Shown piece after piece: positions 44,956 through 56,908 of a stretch of DNA of 64,000 bases. The notes beneath the pieces were generated by a model. It did no database searches, was not told the origin of the DNA, and saw only the letters and a list, made by a program, of their open reading frames with translations. Source of the stretch: an uncultured Planctomycetaceae bacterium (lineage in GTDB: Bacteria; Planctomycetota; Planctomycetia; Pirellulales; PALSA-1355). The stretch lies in NCBI GenBank assembly GCA_963785305.1, contig CAWAUV010000009.1:96001-160000 (forward strand), read 5' to 3'. The translations under genes and the position numbers were made by a program. The number at the start of each line of letters is the position of its first letter. Position 1 is the stretch's first letter.

Positions 44956-45115
44956 ATCCGCCCGGGTGCGTCAACCGGCGCCGACCCCGATCTCCGCCAG
45001 GGCTCGCCGGGGGCGGCGTGCATCTGTCCCGGGGCGTCTTCTTGCAATTGCGCCGATTGGCGGTTTGCTACTTGTCGCTTGGCTACTTTTCTTGATCCAC
45101 GAAGGCCGGTGCATC

Positions 45116-45532
45116 ATGGAGCTCGCTGGCGAACAACATCGAAACTATCGGGTCTGGATCGCGCGATGTGAAAACTGGCGTCCCACTCACTGGAGCGAAT
45201 CACCACCGCATGCGCAGGCGGTCGAACCGGCGATGCCTGGCTGTTTGACCTGGGAGGAAGCCGCCAGTTTCGTCGAAGGGTTCAACGAAGCGGCGCTGAG
45301 TGAGGAATTTCCCGACGGGGAACATGCCGGCGCCGAGTTTTCGCGCCGTGGCCGGCTTTGGGCCGTGGCGGTGCTTGTGGTCCCGCGGTTCGAGGGCGAC
45401 TTGCGCGGGGGCAAAGGCTGGAATCCTTGGCCTCGCTATTTGAAGCCCGCGATTGCGTGGCGATGCATTAACACGCGTTGGAGGGAGCCCCCCCCGACCG
45501 TGGCCGGCGCCTCGGACGTCGCCGCCGCATGA
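45116..45532 (+). CDS. Small hypothetical protein (3' end possibly frameshifted)
   Basis: YRVWIARCENWRP..W and EEAASFVEGFN read as protein-like; lies downstream of the promoter. Confidence 0.45.
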   Translation: MELAGEQHRNYRVWIARCENWRPTHWSESPPHAQAVEPAMPGCLTWEEAASFVEGFNEAALSEEFPDGEHAGAEFSRRGRLWAVAVLVVPRFEGDLRGGKGWNPWPRYLKPAIAWRCINTRWREPPPTVAGASDVAAA

Positions 45533-46002
45533 GCACTTCGCTTACCAGCGCGGGTCGACTTCTGGAAGCACGCGATGCGCCGCTTGCGACAGCAATCGCA
45601 ATTGGTTGGTAGCAAATAGTTTGCGACGCGGGTTCGCCAGTTGTGCGAACGCCAGGAATCGCTATACTAATCGCGACTCCAAACGCCGCCGCGGGCGACC
45701 GGGAGAAGAGATCGGCCGAGAGGCTCGCCACGGGTTTCGCCGTGCATTTTCCGGCGGGCTAGGCTTTTCGCCCCCCGATCGTTTTTCCCCAGCGGCGGCG
45801 CCGCAAATGGGCCGCATCGCTATCGGGCAATGTCACCATCAGGTAGCTCCGGCAGCGTTGCTATCGGGTGGGGGCCAATCGCGGGGCGCCGTGTTCGCCG
45901 CCTTGACCCGGCCCTCGGTTTTTTTCGGCGGCCCGATCGGCATTTTGTGAGCTGCGCCGCGAGTTCCGCCCGAATTCGATGAACACCTGAAAGGATTGGC
46001 TT

Positions 46003-48843
46003 TTGAGCACCGACGGAAACGAGCCTCTCGACGAGAGCGACCTGCCTGTTCCCGAGCTTTCGCAAAGCGAACATGACGCCGACGCCCGCCGCAACATGAC
46101 CGGGCGCCTGATCGATCTGCCGATCGAAGACGAGCTCAAGGGCAGCTATCTCACCTACGCGATGAGCGTGATCGTGAGCCGCGCTGCCCGATGTGCGCGA
46201 TGGGCTCAAGCCCTCGCAGCGCCGGATTCTCGTGGCGATGAACGACCTGAACCTGCGGCCCGGCGCCGCGCGCGTGAAGTGCGCGAAAATCTCGGGCGAC
46301 ACCAGCGGCAATTATCACCCGCACGGCGAAAGCGTGATCTATCCCACGCTGGTGCGCATGGCCCAAGAGTGGAACATGCGGCATGTGCTGGTCGACAAGC
46401 AGGGCAACTTCGGTTCGATCGCCGGCTTGCCCGCCGCCGCCATGCGATACACCGAAGCGCGTCTCTCGCCGATCGCGGCCCTGATGCTCGACGACCTGGA
46501 TCTCGACACCGTCGACTTCACTCCGACCTACGACGACAGCCGCCGCGAACCGAGCGTGTTGCCCTCGAAGTTTCCGAACCTGCTGGTCAATGGCGCCAAC
46601 GGCATTGCCGTGGGCATGGCCACTTCGATTCCGCCGCATAACCTGGGCGAAGTGTGCACCGCCCTGATCGAACTGATCAACAATCCTGAAATCTCGATCG
46701 ACGAATTGATGGAGTCGTGTCCCGGGCCTGATTTTCCCACCGGCAATATCATTTGCGGGCGCTCGGGCATTCGCCGCGGCTACCATAGCGGCCGCAGCAC
46801 GATGGTGATTCGTGCGCGGGCTCGGATCGAGGAGCACGGCAAGAATCGAATGCGGATCGTGGTGAGCGAAGTGCCGTTTCAAGCGGCCCGCGACCGCATC
46901 GAGGAACGCATCGCCCAGCTCGTGAACGAAGACAAGATCAAGGGCATCTCGGCGATGCGCAACGAGAGCGACTTGAAGGAGCCGGTGCGATTGATCTTGG
47001 AGCTGAAGCGCGACGCCGATCCGGAAATCGTGCTCAACCAACTCTATGAATTTTCTCCGCTGCAAGACACCGTGTCGCTGATCTTCTTGGCGCTGGTCGA
47101 TGGCAAGCCGCGCGTCATGTCGTTCAAGGCGATGCTCGAGGAATTCTTGCGGCATCGGCGCATCGTGATTCGACGCCGCACGCAATTCCTTTTGGCCAAG
47201 GCCCGCGCCCGCAAGCACACCGTCGAAGGGCTGCTGCTCGCGCACGCGAACATCGACGAAGTGATCCGCGTGATTCGCACTTCGAAGACCCAGCCCGAGG
47301 CCAAGGCGCGGATCATGGGCATCGAGACTCCGGCGGCGATGCTCGAGCGCGCCTGGGGCCGATCGGGTTCGGCCAATTTCAGACCGAGCGGGGCGTGGCG
47401 TCGACCTACACGCTCACCGCCGTGCAGGCCGAGGCGATTCTGCGCATGACGCTCGGTCAGCTCGTGAATCTGGAGCAAGAGCGACTCTCCACGGAACACG
47501 AAAAGCTGCTCGAGGAGATCGCCGAATACAACCGCATTCTCTCCGACGAACAGATCATCCTCGGCATGATTCGCGACGATCTCAACGAGATTCGCCGCAA
47601 ACATGCCGACAAGCGCCGCACCGAGATCAGCGGCGAGGAGATCGGCTCGATCGGCCTCGAGGACCTGATCACCGAGGAAACGATGGTGGTCACGATCTCG
47701 CACCAGGGCTACATCAAGCGCACTGCGGCCAGCACCTATCGCGCCGAGCATCGCGGCGGCAAGGGACTCAAAGGCGCCAAGGCCGAGGACGAAGATCCGA
47801 TCGAACACGTGTTCGCCGCCAGCACCCACGACTACCTGCTGTTCTTCACCAATCGCGGCAAGGTGTATTGGCAAAAGGTCTACGACCTGCCGCAGCTTGC
47901 CCGCGAAAGCCGCGGCCGGGCGCTGGTGAATCTGCTCAACTTCGGCGATGGCGAAAAAGTCGCCGAATGCCTCGCGGTGCGCGATTTCAAGTTGCCGGAC
48001 CATTTTCTCATGATGGTCACGCGCACGGGACTCGTGAAGAAAACCGCGCTTGCCCAATATGGCCGACCGATGAAAGGCGGCATTATCGCGATCAAGCTGC
48101 GCGAAGACGACGAGCTGGTCGAGGTGGTGGTCACGCGCGCCGGCGACGAGCTGGTGCTCTCGACCGCCCGCGGCATGGCGATTCGATTCGGCGAAACCGA
48201 CGCGCGTCCGATGGGCCGCAACACGAGCGGCGTGAAGGGCATCAAGCTCGGGGCCGACGATCACCTGGTCGGCATGGTCGTGGCCGATCCCGAGGCGACA
48301 TTGCTCACGGTGTGCGCCAAGGGCTATGGCAAGCGCACCTTCTTCGGCCCGAATAGCCCCGCGAGCGGAGAAGGCCCGCCGGCCGACGGCGACGAGGCCG
48401 AACTTCCCGGAGCCGGAGCGCCCGAAGCCGAGCTCGCCGAGGCCGAGACTCACGAGGCCGACACCGAGCTTCCCGAGGCCCCCGCCGAAGACGAAACCGA
48501 CGACGAATCGGGCGGCTCTTCGGGCAATCGCTATCGCACCCAGCGGCGCGGCGGCAAGGGGCTGCGTGATATCAAGACCACGGATCGCAATGGCCCGGTG
48601 GTGAGCGTGGTCGATGTGCGCGACGACGACGAAGTGTTGGTCATGACCGCCCGCGGCAAGTTGCAGCGATTCATCGCCGGCGAGATCAGCGTGATCGGCC
48701 GCAACACGCAGGGAGTGCGGATCATGAGCCTCGACGATGGCGACACCGTGGCGGCCGTGGTGCGGGTGCCACGCGACGCGATCGGCCCAAAGGGCGAAGC
48801 CTCCGCCGCGACCAGCGACGAACCCGCGGGCGGCGAAAGCTGA
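46003..48843 (+). CDS. gyrA: DNA gyrase subunit A (frameshifts near 46185 and 47352)
   Basis: [34 protein letters not shown] (catalytic Tyr), GIAVGMAT, beta-pinwheel CTD with RGGKG motifs. Confidence 0.96.
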
Positions 48844-48878
48844 ACGAGCGATCGCCGCGCATTCGCAAGTCGGTGGCC

Positions 48879-51787
48879 CTATTTGTTTGCCGCTTCGGTC
48901 AAGTCGGCGAGGCGTTTCTTGGCCCTGAGCTGCGCCAAGCCATCCAGACGCGGGACGACCTCTTGATACAACGACGCGCAGTGTTCGGCGAATCGGGCCT
49001 TATCGTGCCCCATCGCCGAATCGACGACGCCATGCCATGCGTCGGCGAGCGCGAGTGCCTCGGCGTCGGTCTTTCGCGGACCGCTTTCGAGCGTCGCGGC
49101 GTCCTTGATGGCGGAGTCCGCGCACTTCACGAAATAGGGCAATGCGTTCGGCCAATCGTTTTTGTTGAACGCGTAATATTTTCCCAGCGTGAGAGCCGCG
49201 GCCGGGTCCTGGTTTTCCTCGAATGATTTGCGAGCCGTCGCCACCGTGGCCGCCAATGCGGCCTGCCCCTTGTATTCGGCCTGGCGGGCCGCGATCGTCT
49301 TACCAAGGTCGCGGTCCTTCTGCGCGGCGGGCGTGCAAGAGCGCGGCGGCGATGAGTTTGTTCGCCGACTCGAAGTTTTCGGCGTCGGCGGCTTGGTCGG
49401 CGATCGCCTGCAAGCCACCGGCCAGATCGGCGCGAGCTTGCGGCGCCAACGACATCTTGGCGAAGGCGTCGAGTTCGGCGGTCACCAGATCCGTCGTCTT
49501 CACGGCGAAGGTTTGCCCCATGCTCGCGATGATTCTCAGCAATAGCGACGCGTCGCCGCCGGAGCGGGCCAGATCGCGGGCTTCGGTGAGCAGCATGTAT
49601 TTTTCGGCCGGCATGGCAGTGCCGCCCGCTTGACTGAAAAGCTTATCCGCCAACACGGCTTTGTCAGCCGGTTTTTTCGCCTTGGCGTAATCATCGCCGA
49701 AGGCGTCATTCAAAGTGGCGAGGGCCGTCGCTTGCGCGGCGGCGTCGGGAATCGGGGCGAGCGAGGCGAGGTCCGGCGGCGGCGCCGGCGCGGCACGTGG
49801 CGCCCCGCCCAGCCGCCAGAGATAAATGACTCCCGATCGGTCCTCCGAAGCCGCGAGCCGTCCGTCAGCGCAGGATTCTAGGAGGAAAGCGCTGGCTGCA
49901 TGGCCCACGAGCGACGCCACGCGTTCTCGACGGCTGCAATTGTAGATGCGAATCGGTCCGGCCGTGTTGGCGCAGATAATCCGCTTGTTGTCGAACATGA
50001 ACTCCATGGCGGCCCCGTCGCCCTGCTCCACCGTAATCGGCGGTTCTTCGACCCCGGTGACGACATTCAGAAGTTTCAACCGCGTCGAATTGTATGGGTA
50101 GATGGCGAGTCTGCCGTCGTCCGAGATCACGATTCGGTCGTGCATCGCGAACTGCTTGCTGTCAACCACGTAGGTGCGCTGTGATTTCAGATCGTAAGCG
50201 ATGTTGTAACTGCCGGACTTCACGGCGCGACCATTGGCTTGATCCTCGAACAAATCACCGCGGAGGAATACGTACCTGCCGTGCGGCGAAAGCGTTTGAA
50301 TATAGGGCAAACTCGGGATTTCAGTCTGGAATGTCGTTTCCCAAGTCACACCGTCGACCGACCGCAATTTCCATTTCCCGCCAGAATAGGCCGCATACGC
50401 GAAATACCGCCCGTCGGCGGAAACAGCGATCGTACTTTGCCCTATTTTCGCGATCCGGCTTTGCTCGCCGCGCTGAAAAGGAGTCAATCCCCAGAACGCG
50501 TCCGAATGAAGCAGCAAAAACGTCTTGCTATCCGACGAGAAGGTCGCCAGGCTCAAGTGCGCGCCCGTCAAATCTGCGGTCGATCGATCGCCGCTTGTCG
50601 TGTCATAAAAGTTCACCACCGTGGGCGAGCCGAACGCAACGTAGCGCCCGCCCGGCGACATCCGTAAAAAATACTGCGTGCCACCCTGATCTTGCAACTT
50701 CATCAACGGGCTGATGATGTCGCACTCGCCGAGCGCGGCGACCGGATTGGGGCCGGCCACCGCGGCCGTGGGTCCGTGTGCAACCGGATCGGCATTTTGC
50801 GGCCCCGCCGGCCCAGTCGTGTTGGAATCTGGGGCCGGCGCCACGTTACTCACCGGCGACGGGGGCAGCATTGCCGTGGATTGGGCTGGCGCGGCGGGCG
50901 GAGTTGGCGCGGCGGGCGGAGTTGACGCGGCGGGCGGAGTTGACGCGGCGGGCGGAGTTGAATCCGTTACTGGCGGCGGCGTCGGGTTCGGCGGCGCATC
51001 GCTCTCGGAGGGCGCGATTGCGCTCGGCGCATCCGCCGTGTTACCAGGGCTGGAATTCGTGGAAGCGGCGATGACGCTTTCGCTGCCGTCGGTGGATTGA
51101 CTTTCGGCGGAGCTTTTTTCCGGCGAGCCTTGCGAGGGAGCGGCGATCGACTCGTCGGGTTGTGCCGCGGCGCGCCGCGCCCGATCGCGCGGAGTTCGAT
51201 GCCACCTCTTCCTGGCGATTCCCATCCGAGGCTTGCTTCTGAAACGCAAACCAGCCGATGCCGGCGATCGCCACCAGCGCGCCGCCGATGATCGCGCCGG
51301 CCAGACCGCCGGAAGACCGCTTCGGTTGACGCTTGCGAGCGCTGCTCCGGCCCGCGGGTGCGCGATTTTCCGCTATTGAGCCGTGGACAAAATCAAGCTC
51401 GCTATTTGCCGGGGTCGGGCTCGCGGCGGCGGGCGCCGGCGCCGCGGGAACCGCCAAATCGACGACGGGACCGCGAGCATTGGTTTGCGCCGCGGCAAGG
51501 CGAGCCCGCAGCGCCTCGTCATACGCGGCCTTTTTCGCCGGATCGAGCAACACTACCCGCGCCCTTGCGAGCGCATTCAGCACCTGCTGGGAAACCGCGC
51601 GATACGGCCCGGCCTGATAGCGCCGCACATGCGCCATTTGGCGATCGGCTCCGCTTTCGATCACTTCCGCGTCGGACTCGAATCGCGTGATGCCGAGCAG
51701 GCGGTAGTGATCCGCGGGCTGCTCGTGCGGCGGGATTCCCAGCCAGCGGCGGTAGGGGTCAAAAGGTTGTGACGCGGAATCGACCAT
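48879..51787 (-). CDS. Membrane-anchored WD40 beta-propeller protein with Planctomycete J-like N-domain (frameshifts near 51245 and 49320)
   Basis: FDPYRRWLGIPP.EQPADHYRLLG...LLDPAKKAAYD; TM; Pro-rich linker; SPGGRY, SADGRY, SLVGH blades; helical tail GKYYAF..NDW..ALP. Confidence 0.75.
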
Positions 51788-51927
51788 GCGCTTCGTTTCA
51801 AGAGTCGGCGTTTGCGAGACGTCGCGATCTCCGCGAGCGGAGGAGATCGCGGAATTTCATGACCATTGGAAATTCTGAAAAATCGCGACGACGAGGGAAA
51901 GACGGGGCGGCGATCTATTGGCGCCGG

Positions 51928-54900
51928 TTATTTCTTTTCGGCCTCGATCAGTTCGGCGAGGCGTTTCTTGGCTTTGACTTGCGCCAAGCCATCGAGCCGG
52001 GGCAGCGCCTCGCGATACCACACGACGCTGTGCGCGAGGAATTTCGCCTTTTCGCGGCCGGCGGCGGCTTCGCCCACCGCGTGCCAGGCATCGGCGACGG
52101 CAAGCTGTTCGCCCGGAGTCTTGGGCGGGGCGAGCTCGAGGGTAGCGGCCTCTTTGATACCGGCATCGGAACATTTGGCCAAGTGCGGCAGGGCTGCTTC
52201 CCAGTCATTCCTGCCGAAGGCGAAATACTTGCCGACGGTGAGATCGGCCACCGGATTATCGCCTGCTTCGAGCGACTTGCGAGCTGCCTTGACCTCGGCG
52301 GCTTGTTCACCTTGCTCTTTCACGTCGGCCTGACGCACGGCAATGGCCTTGGTGAGCTCGCGGTTCTTCGCGCGTTTGGCATTGACCAGCGCGGCGGCGA
52401 GCAGCTTCGCGGCGGCGTCGACATTTTCGGTCGCCACCGCGTCTTCGGCCAGCGCCACGAGGCCCTCGGCAAAGTCCGACCGAACCTGAACCGTGAGCGG
52501 CGCCTTCCCGAACGCCTCGACATCCGCGAGCACGACTTCCGACGCATCGATCGAAAATGTCTGGCTCATGCGCGTTACTATTCGCAAGTAGAGCGCGGCG
52601 TCGCCGCTCGCGCGAGCCATGTCGCGCTTCGGCGAGCAGCATGAATTTATCGGCGGGCGAGGCGGTCGCCCCGGCCTGATCGTTCAATTTTTCCGCCAGC
52701 GCGGCTTTCTCGGCAGGTTTTCGCGCTTTGGCGTATTCGTCGCCAAACGCTTCTTTCAACGTCGCGAGCGCTTTGGCTTTGGCGCCATCGTCGGGAACAG
52801 GCAAGCGAGCGACGTCACGGGAACCGCCGCGCTTCGCCGTTACTCCCAATCGCCAGATGAGCACCCGCCCGGTCGAATCGGCCGAAGCCGCGACGCGCGC
52901 GTTGGTGGAAAAACTCATGCCGACCACGGCCGAATTATGTCCGATCAGCGATGCGACGCATTCGCGGCGAGCGATATCCAATATGCGAATCGGCCCCGCA
53001 GTGCTGGCGCGGATAAATCGCTTATCGTCGGCCGAGAACATAACATGCCATACGTAGTCCACGGCGATGGGGGTCGGCGGATCTTCAACACTCGTGGCGA
53101 CATTCAAATATCGCACGAACGGCGTATTCGTGGTGCAAATCCCCAACTTGCCATCGTCGGAAATTGCATTTTGATCTCCGGGATTGCCGTACTTTAGGGG
53201 TATTGAAAACGACCGTTGGGACTTCAAATCGAAGGCGCTGTAAAATTCTCCCGCCGCGCGGAAATTGCCATTCTCATCCGTCTTGAACAAATTGCCTCGC
53301 GCCGCGACAAATTTCCCATGCGGTGAAATATCCAGATGATTCAGGGAGCCAGGAAATTCGGTTTGATATGCGAGTTTTCCATTAAGCACATCAAATGCCG
53401 TTAGCGTGGAGTTCCCTGAAATTGTAGTGGCCAAGACCACGATCCGACCATCGGCTGAAATAACACTCCAGTGAAACGTTTTCGGCAATTCCATGATTGG
53501 ACGCTGTTCGCCGCGCTGCGCTGGGCTCAAAGCCCAAAGACCACTCGAATGAAGCAGCATGAGCTGCTTGCTATCGGGCGAAAACCCCGTGCGGCTCAAA
53601 TGCACCCCGGTCAACGGGACCTCCGACTGCTCACCAGTTTTCATGTCGAAAAAATTGACGTTCGACCGCAGGCCCCAGGCGACATAGCGTCCGTCTGGCG
53701 AGACATTCACAAAGGTCGGCTGGGTTCCATTCTCCTGCACCGTTTTAAACGGCGCAATGACTTCGCCTTGATCCGCTGTGGCGCTCACGCCGGGATTCGT
53801 GAAGACAACGCCGGGCGCGGGTGGCGTGTTCGGGGCAACCGGCACATTCGAATTCGCGGCGACCTGAGTTGGCGCCGCCGCCGGTGGCACGGCTGCCGGT
53901 TGGTTCCCCGCCGGTTGGTTCCCCGCCGGCGAGGTCGGCAACATCGCCGTCGGTTGGACCTGCTGCGTCGGCGATTCCGTGGCGGCGAGCGGCTGCGTTT
54001 GGCCGGTCGGAACCAGGGACGTCTCGCGCAGGAACGTCGGCTCCTCGCCGCTAAGCGATCGCAACCTCAGAAACCTCGCGCTGTAGGCGCCGGAAATGCC
54101 GCCCAGGAACAGCTCTTTGCTCTCGGGCGCCGCCAAGTCGCCGGAACATCCGAGGCGATCGACCCCGTCGGCCCAAGTGAATTGACGTTTTCCATCGACA
54201 AACAGCGCCACTCCCTTTTGACGCACGACGATCGTGATATCGTGCTCCGCCTCGCCTTCAAGCAATGCGCCGAAATGGGTCGGATCCTCGGCGTCGCCCT
54301 CTTGGCGATGGAACTCATGCACCGTGGTGCGGCTGCCGCTCCAAGCGTCGATCAAGAGCGCGAAATACGCGGCGCCCGACGACAACCCCAGGTCGATCTC
54401 CGAGGCCGGGTTTTGTTTCTTCGCCTTGAATCGAAGGACATACTCCTTCGGCGGAACGACCGCGAGCATCGAGCGGGCCCGGGTCCCCGTCGGATTACAG
54501 TTCAGCACTAATTTCTGAAACAATGCGTTGTCGATTGTCTTTGGTTCCGCTCGCGTCGATGACAGCAGATCCCACCAGCGCGGATCGCCCTCGTCGCGCT
54601 TCACATCAAAATCGTCGCGAACACGCCGCGAATTGCTCGTGGTTGACGCCGGGGTCCCTGGCTCCGGAGATTTATCCGAGTCGTCGCTCGGCATCGAGGT
54701 CGGCCGGTCGCTCGCGGGCGGCGACGAAGCCGCTTCCACTGGCGGCGTGGCTTGGCTACCGCTGGTGTCGGGCTTGCCGTCCGATCGGGGTCGGCTGCTC
54801 GCGTTTGCCCGGCCGGGCGATGGCGGCGAAGAGGCGGCCGTCGAGGCCGAAGCGAGTTTTTCATGCTTGGATTCGGTCGCGGAATGCTGCCGCCAGACAA

Positions 54901-55471
54901 ACCAGGCGACCGCGAGGATCGCCAGCAGCGAGGGAACCGCAACCAGGGCGACGGTCTTGCCCGTATCACGCGTCGGGCGGCGCTTCGAGCGGGTTCGCCC
55001 GATCGGTTCGCGCGCCTCGGCGAGCGACTCGCCGACAAAGGCAAAGTCGTTGCTCGCCGGCGCCGCCGCGACCGGAGCGCTCTTTACTGGCGCGGCTTGG
55101 GCTGAAGCGCCCTGAACTGGCGCTACCGAAGCGCCGACCACCGGTGTCGTTTGACTTGCCGTCGCCGGGGCGGTCGAGCCGAGCCGGGCACGCAACTGCT
55201 GATCGTAAGCCGCTTTCTTCGCGGGGTTTAGCAGCACGATCCGCGCGACGGCCAACTCATTGAGCACCCGCTGTGAAATGACGCTATGCGGCCCGGTCTT
55301 AAACCGCTGCACATGGGCCATCTGCCGGTCCGCCCCGCTTTCGATCACATCGAGGTCGGCTTCGAACTGGGTCACGCCGAGCAGACGGTAATAGTCCGCC
55401 GGCTGCTCGTTGGGCGGAATTCCCAGCCAGCGGCGATAGGGATCAAAGGGTTGCGAGGCCGGGTTGGTCAT
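51928..55471 (-). CDS. Paralog of the adjacent gene with an extra beta-sandwich (lectin/DUF1080-like) domain (frameshift near 52620)
   Basis: Same N-domain, TM, WD40 and helical C-terminus; extra segment WWDLL...EYVLRF...HDITIVVR..GVALFVDGK. Confidence 0.75.
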
Positions 55472-55698
55472 TCCATTCGCCTAAATTTCATCCAAAACAA
55501 GTAGAATTTGCCTCTTCCCTGAAAAACCCGTTACAGTATAGCCAACGGGGGATGGGCACTCAACCGTTTCTAGCCAAAGAACATGCGCGAACAGGCTCGG
55601 ATTTCGTCCATGAAAACCATCGTCGATCGCCGCCCCCCTCGAATCGACGTCGATTTGCCCCAATCAGCCCACATATTACCGCATCGTTCAGAAAACTC

Positions 55699-56505
55699 AT
55701 GCGGTTCGCCGTCATTTTTCTTTTCGGGGGTGTTCGATGGCTTGGAGTCAGCAGATCATTGCTCATCGGGGCGCATCGCACGAACGCGCCCGAAAATACC
55801 CTGGCCGCGTTTCAACTCGCCTGGCGCCAGGGGGCCGATGGCATCGAAGGCGACTTCTATCTCACGCGCGATAAACAGATCGTGTGTATCCACGACGCAT
55901 CGACCGGCCGCACCGGCGACAAGAACCTGAAGGTTGCCGAAGCAACGCTCGCCGAACTGAAGACCGTGGATGTGGGTCTCAAAAAGGGCGAGCCGTTCCG
56001 CGGCGAACGCATTCCCACTTTGGCCGAAGTTTTGGCCATCGTGCCGCCGGGCAAGCGCATTTTTATCGAGGTCAAATGTGGACCCGAAATTCTCCCGGCG
56101 CTCGAGCAAACGCTCGCCGCCGCGAACATCGCCGACGAACACGTGGCGATCATCGCCTTTAGCGACAAGGTCATTGAAGCGGCGCGGCGTCGGCTGCCCA
56201 AGGTCGCGGCCTATTGGCTCGTGGCGCTCAAGCGCGACCCAGCCCAAGCGAATCGCCCCTCGCCCGACCCGACCCAAATCGAACAAACGCTCCGCCGCAT
56301 CGGCGCGTCGGGCGTCAACATCGGGGTCGAAGATCGGCTTTTCGAGGCCGAGGCCGCGGCGAGCATTCGCCAAGCCGGCTTCGAGATCCACTGCTGGACG
56401 GTCGACACCGAGCAGCTCGCTCGCTATTGCCGACAGCTCGAAGCAAAATCGATCACGACAAATCGCCCGGCGGAGCTTCGCGCGGAGCTGTCGAGGTCGC
56501 CCTGA
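55699..56505 (+). CDS. Glycerophosphodiester phosphodiesterase family protein
   Basis: AHR..APENTLAAF, GADGIEGD, VCIHD, IPTLAEVL, IEVK, WTVD, ITTNRP; start uncertain and HRG motif shortened. Confidence 0.85.
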   Translation: MRFAVIFLFGGVRWLGVSRSLLIGAHRTNAPENTLAAFQLAWRQGADGIEGDFYLTRDKQIVCIHDASTGRTGDKNLKVAEATLAELKTVDVGLKKGEPFRGERIPTLAEVLAIVPPGKRIFIEVKCGPEILPALEQTLAAANIADEHVAIIAFSDKVIEAARRRLPKVAAYWLVALKRDPAQANRPSPDPTQIEQTLRRIGASGVNIGVEDRLFEAEAAASIRQAGFEIHCWTVDTEQLARYCRQLEAKSITTNRPAELRAELSRSP

Positions 56506-56521
56506 GAGGGGGGCGGCGCCA

Positions 56522-56623
56522 CTTGGCGGCTCGCTCGCGCATGCGACAGGCTGCCGTTCTAGTCACTATATATATAATGTCAGTACATCTTGGCGGCTCG
56601 CTCGCGCATGCGACAGGCTGCCG
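56522..56623. repeat. Two identical 35-bp palindromic direct repeats separated by a 32-bp AT-rich spacer
   Basis: CTTGGCGGCTCGCTCGCGCATGCGACAGGCTGCCG at 56522-56556 and 56589-56623. Confidence 0.9.
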
Positions 56624-56908
56624 GCGAACGGTTTAACATATCGAGACACGCGACGACGGAAGTCTCGCGCGGAGGCGCGGAGGGCGCGGAGGGCGCGGAG
56701 AAAACAGGCTGATCGAACCGACGCCGGGCGCCGACTTCCGCCGCGCGTCTCGGCGCGGCTTCACGAAATTGGCGGTCGCTCGAATCGCGGCCGACTCCGA
56801 ATAGCACATCCACATGACACATTGTTCCGACTCTTGAATCACGGGATCGTGATCTGTTCGCGTCGCGTCGATTCTCCCGAGATCGGCCCCAATTGCGGAA
56901 AGGTTCCC

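Noticed and set aside
44940..44956. SOS (LexA) box in the AT-rich promoter core
   Set aside because: Does not match CTGT-N8-ACAG, and I cannot establish the lineage-specific box.
46003..48843. Programmed frameshifting or pseudogenisation of gyrA and pyrH
   Set aside because: No slippery heptamers are evident, the genes are essential, and the indel pattern is window-wide.
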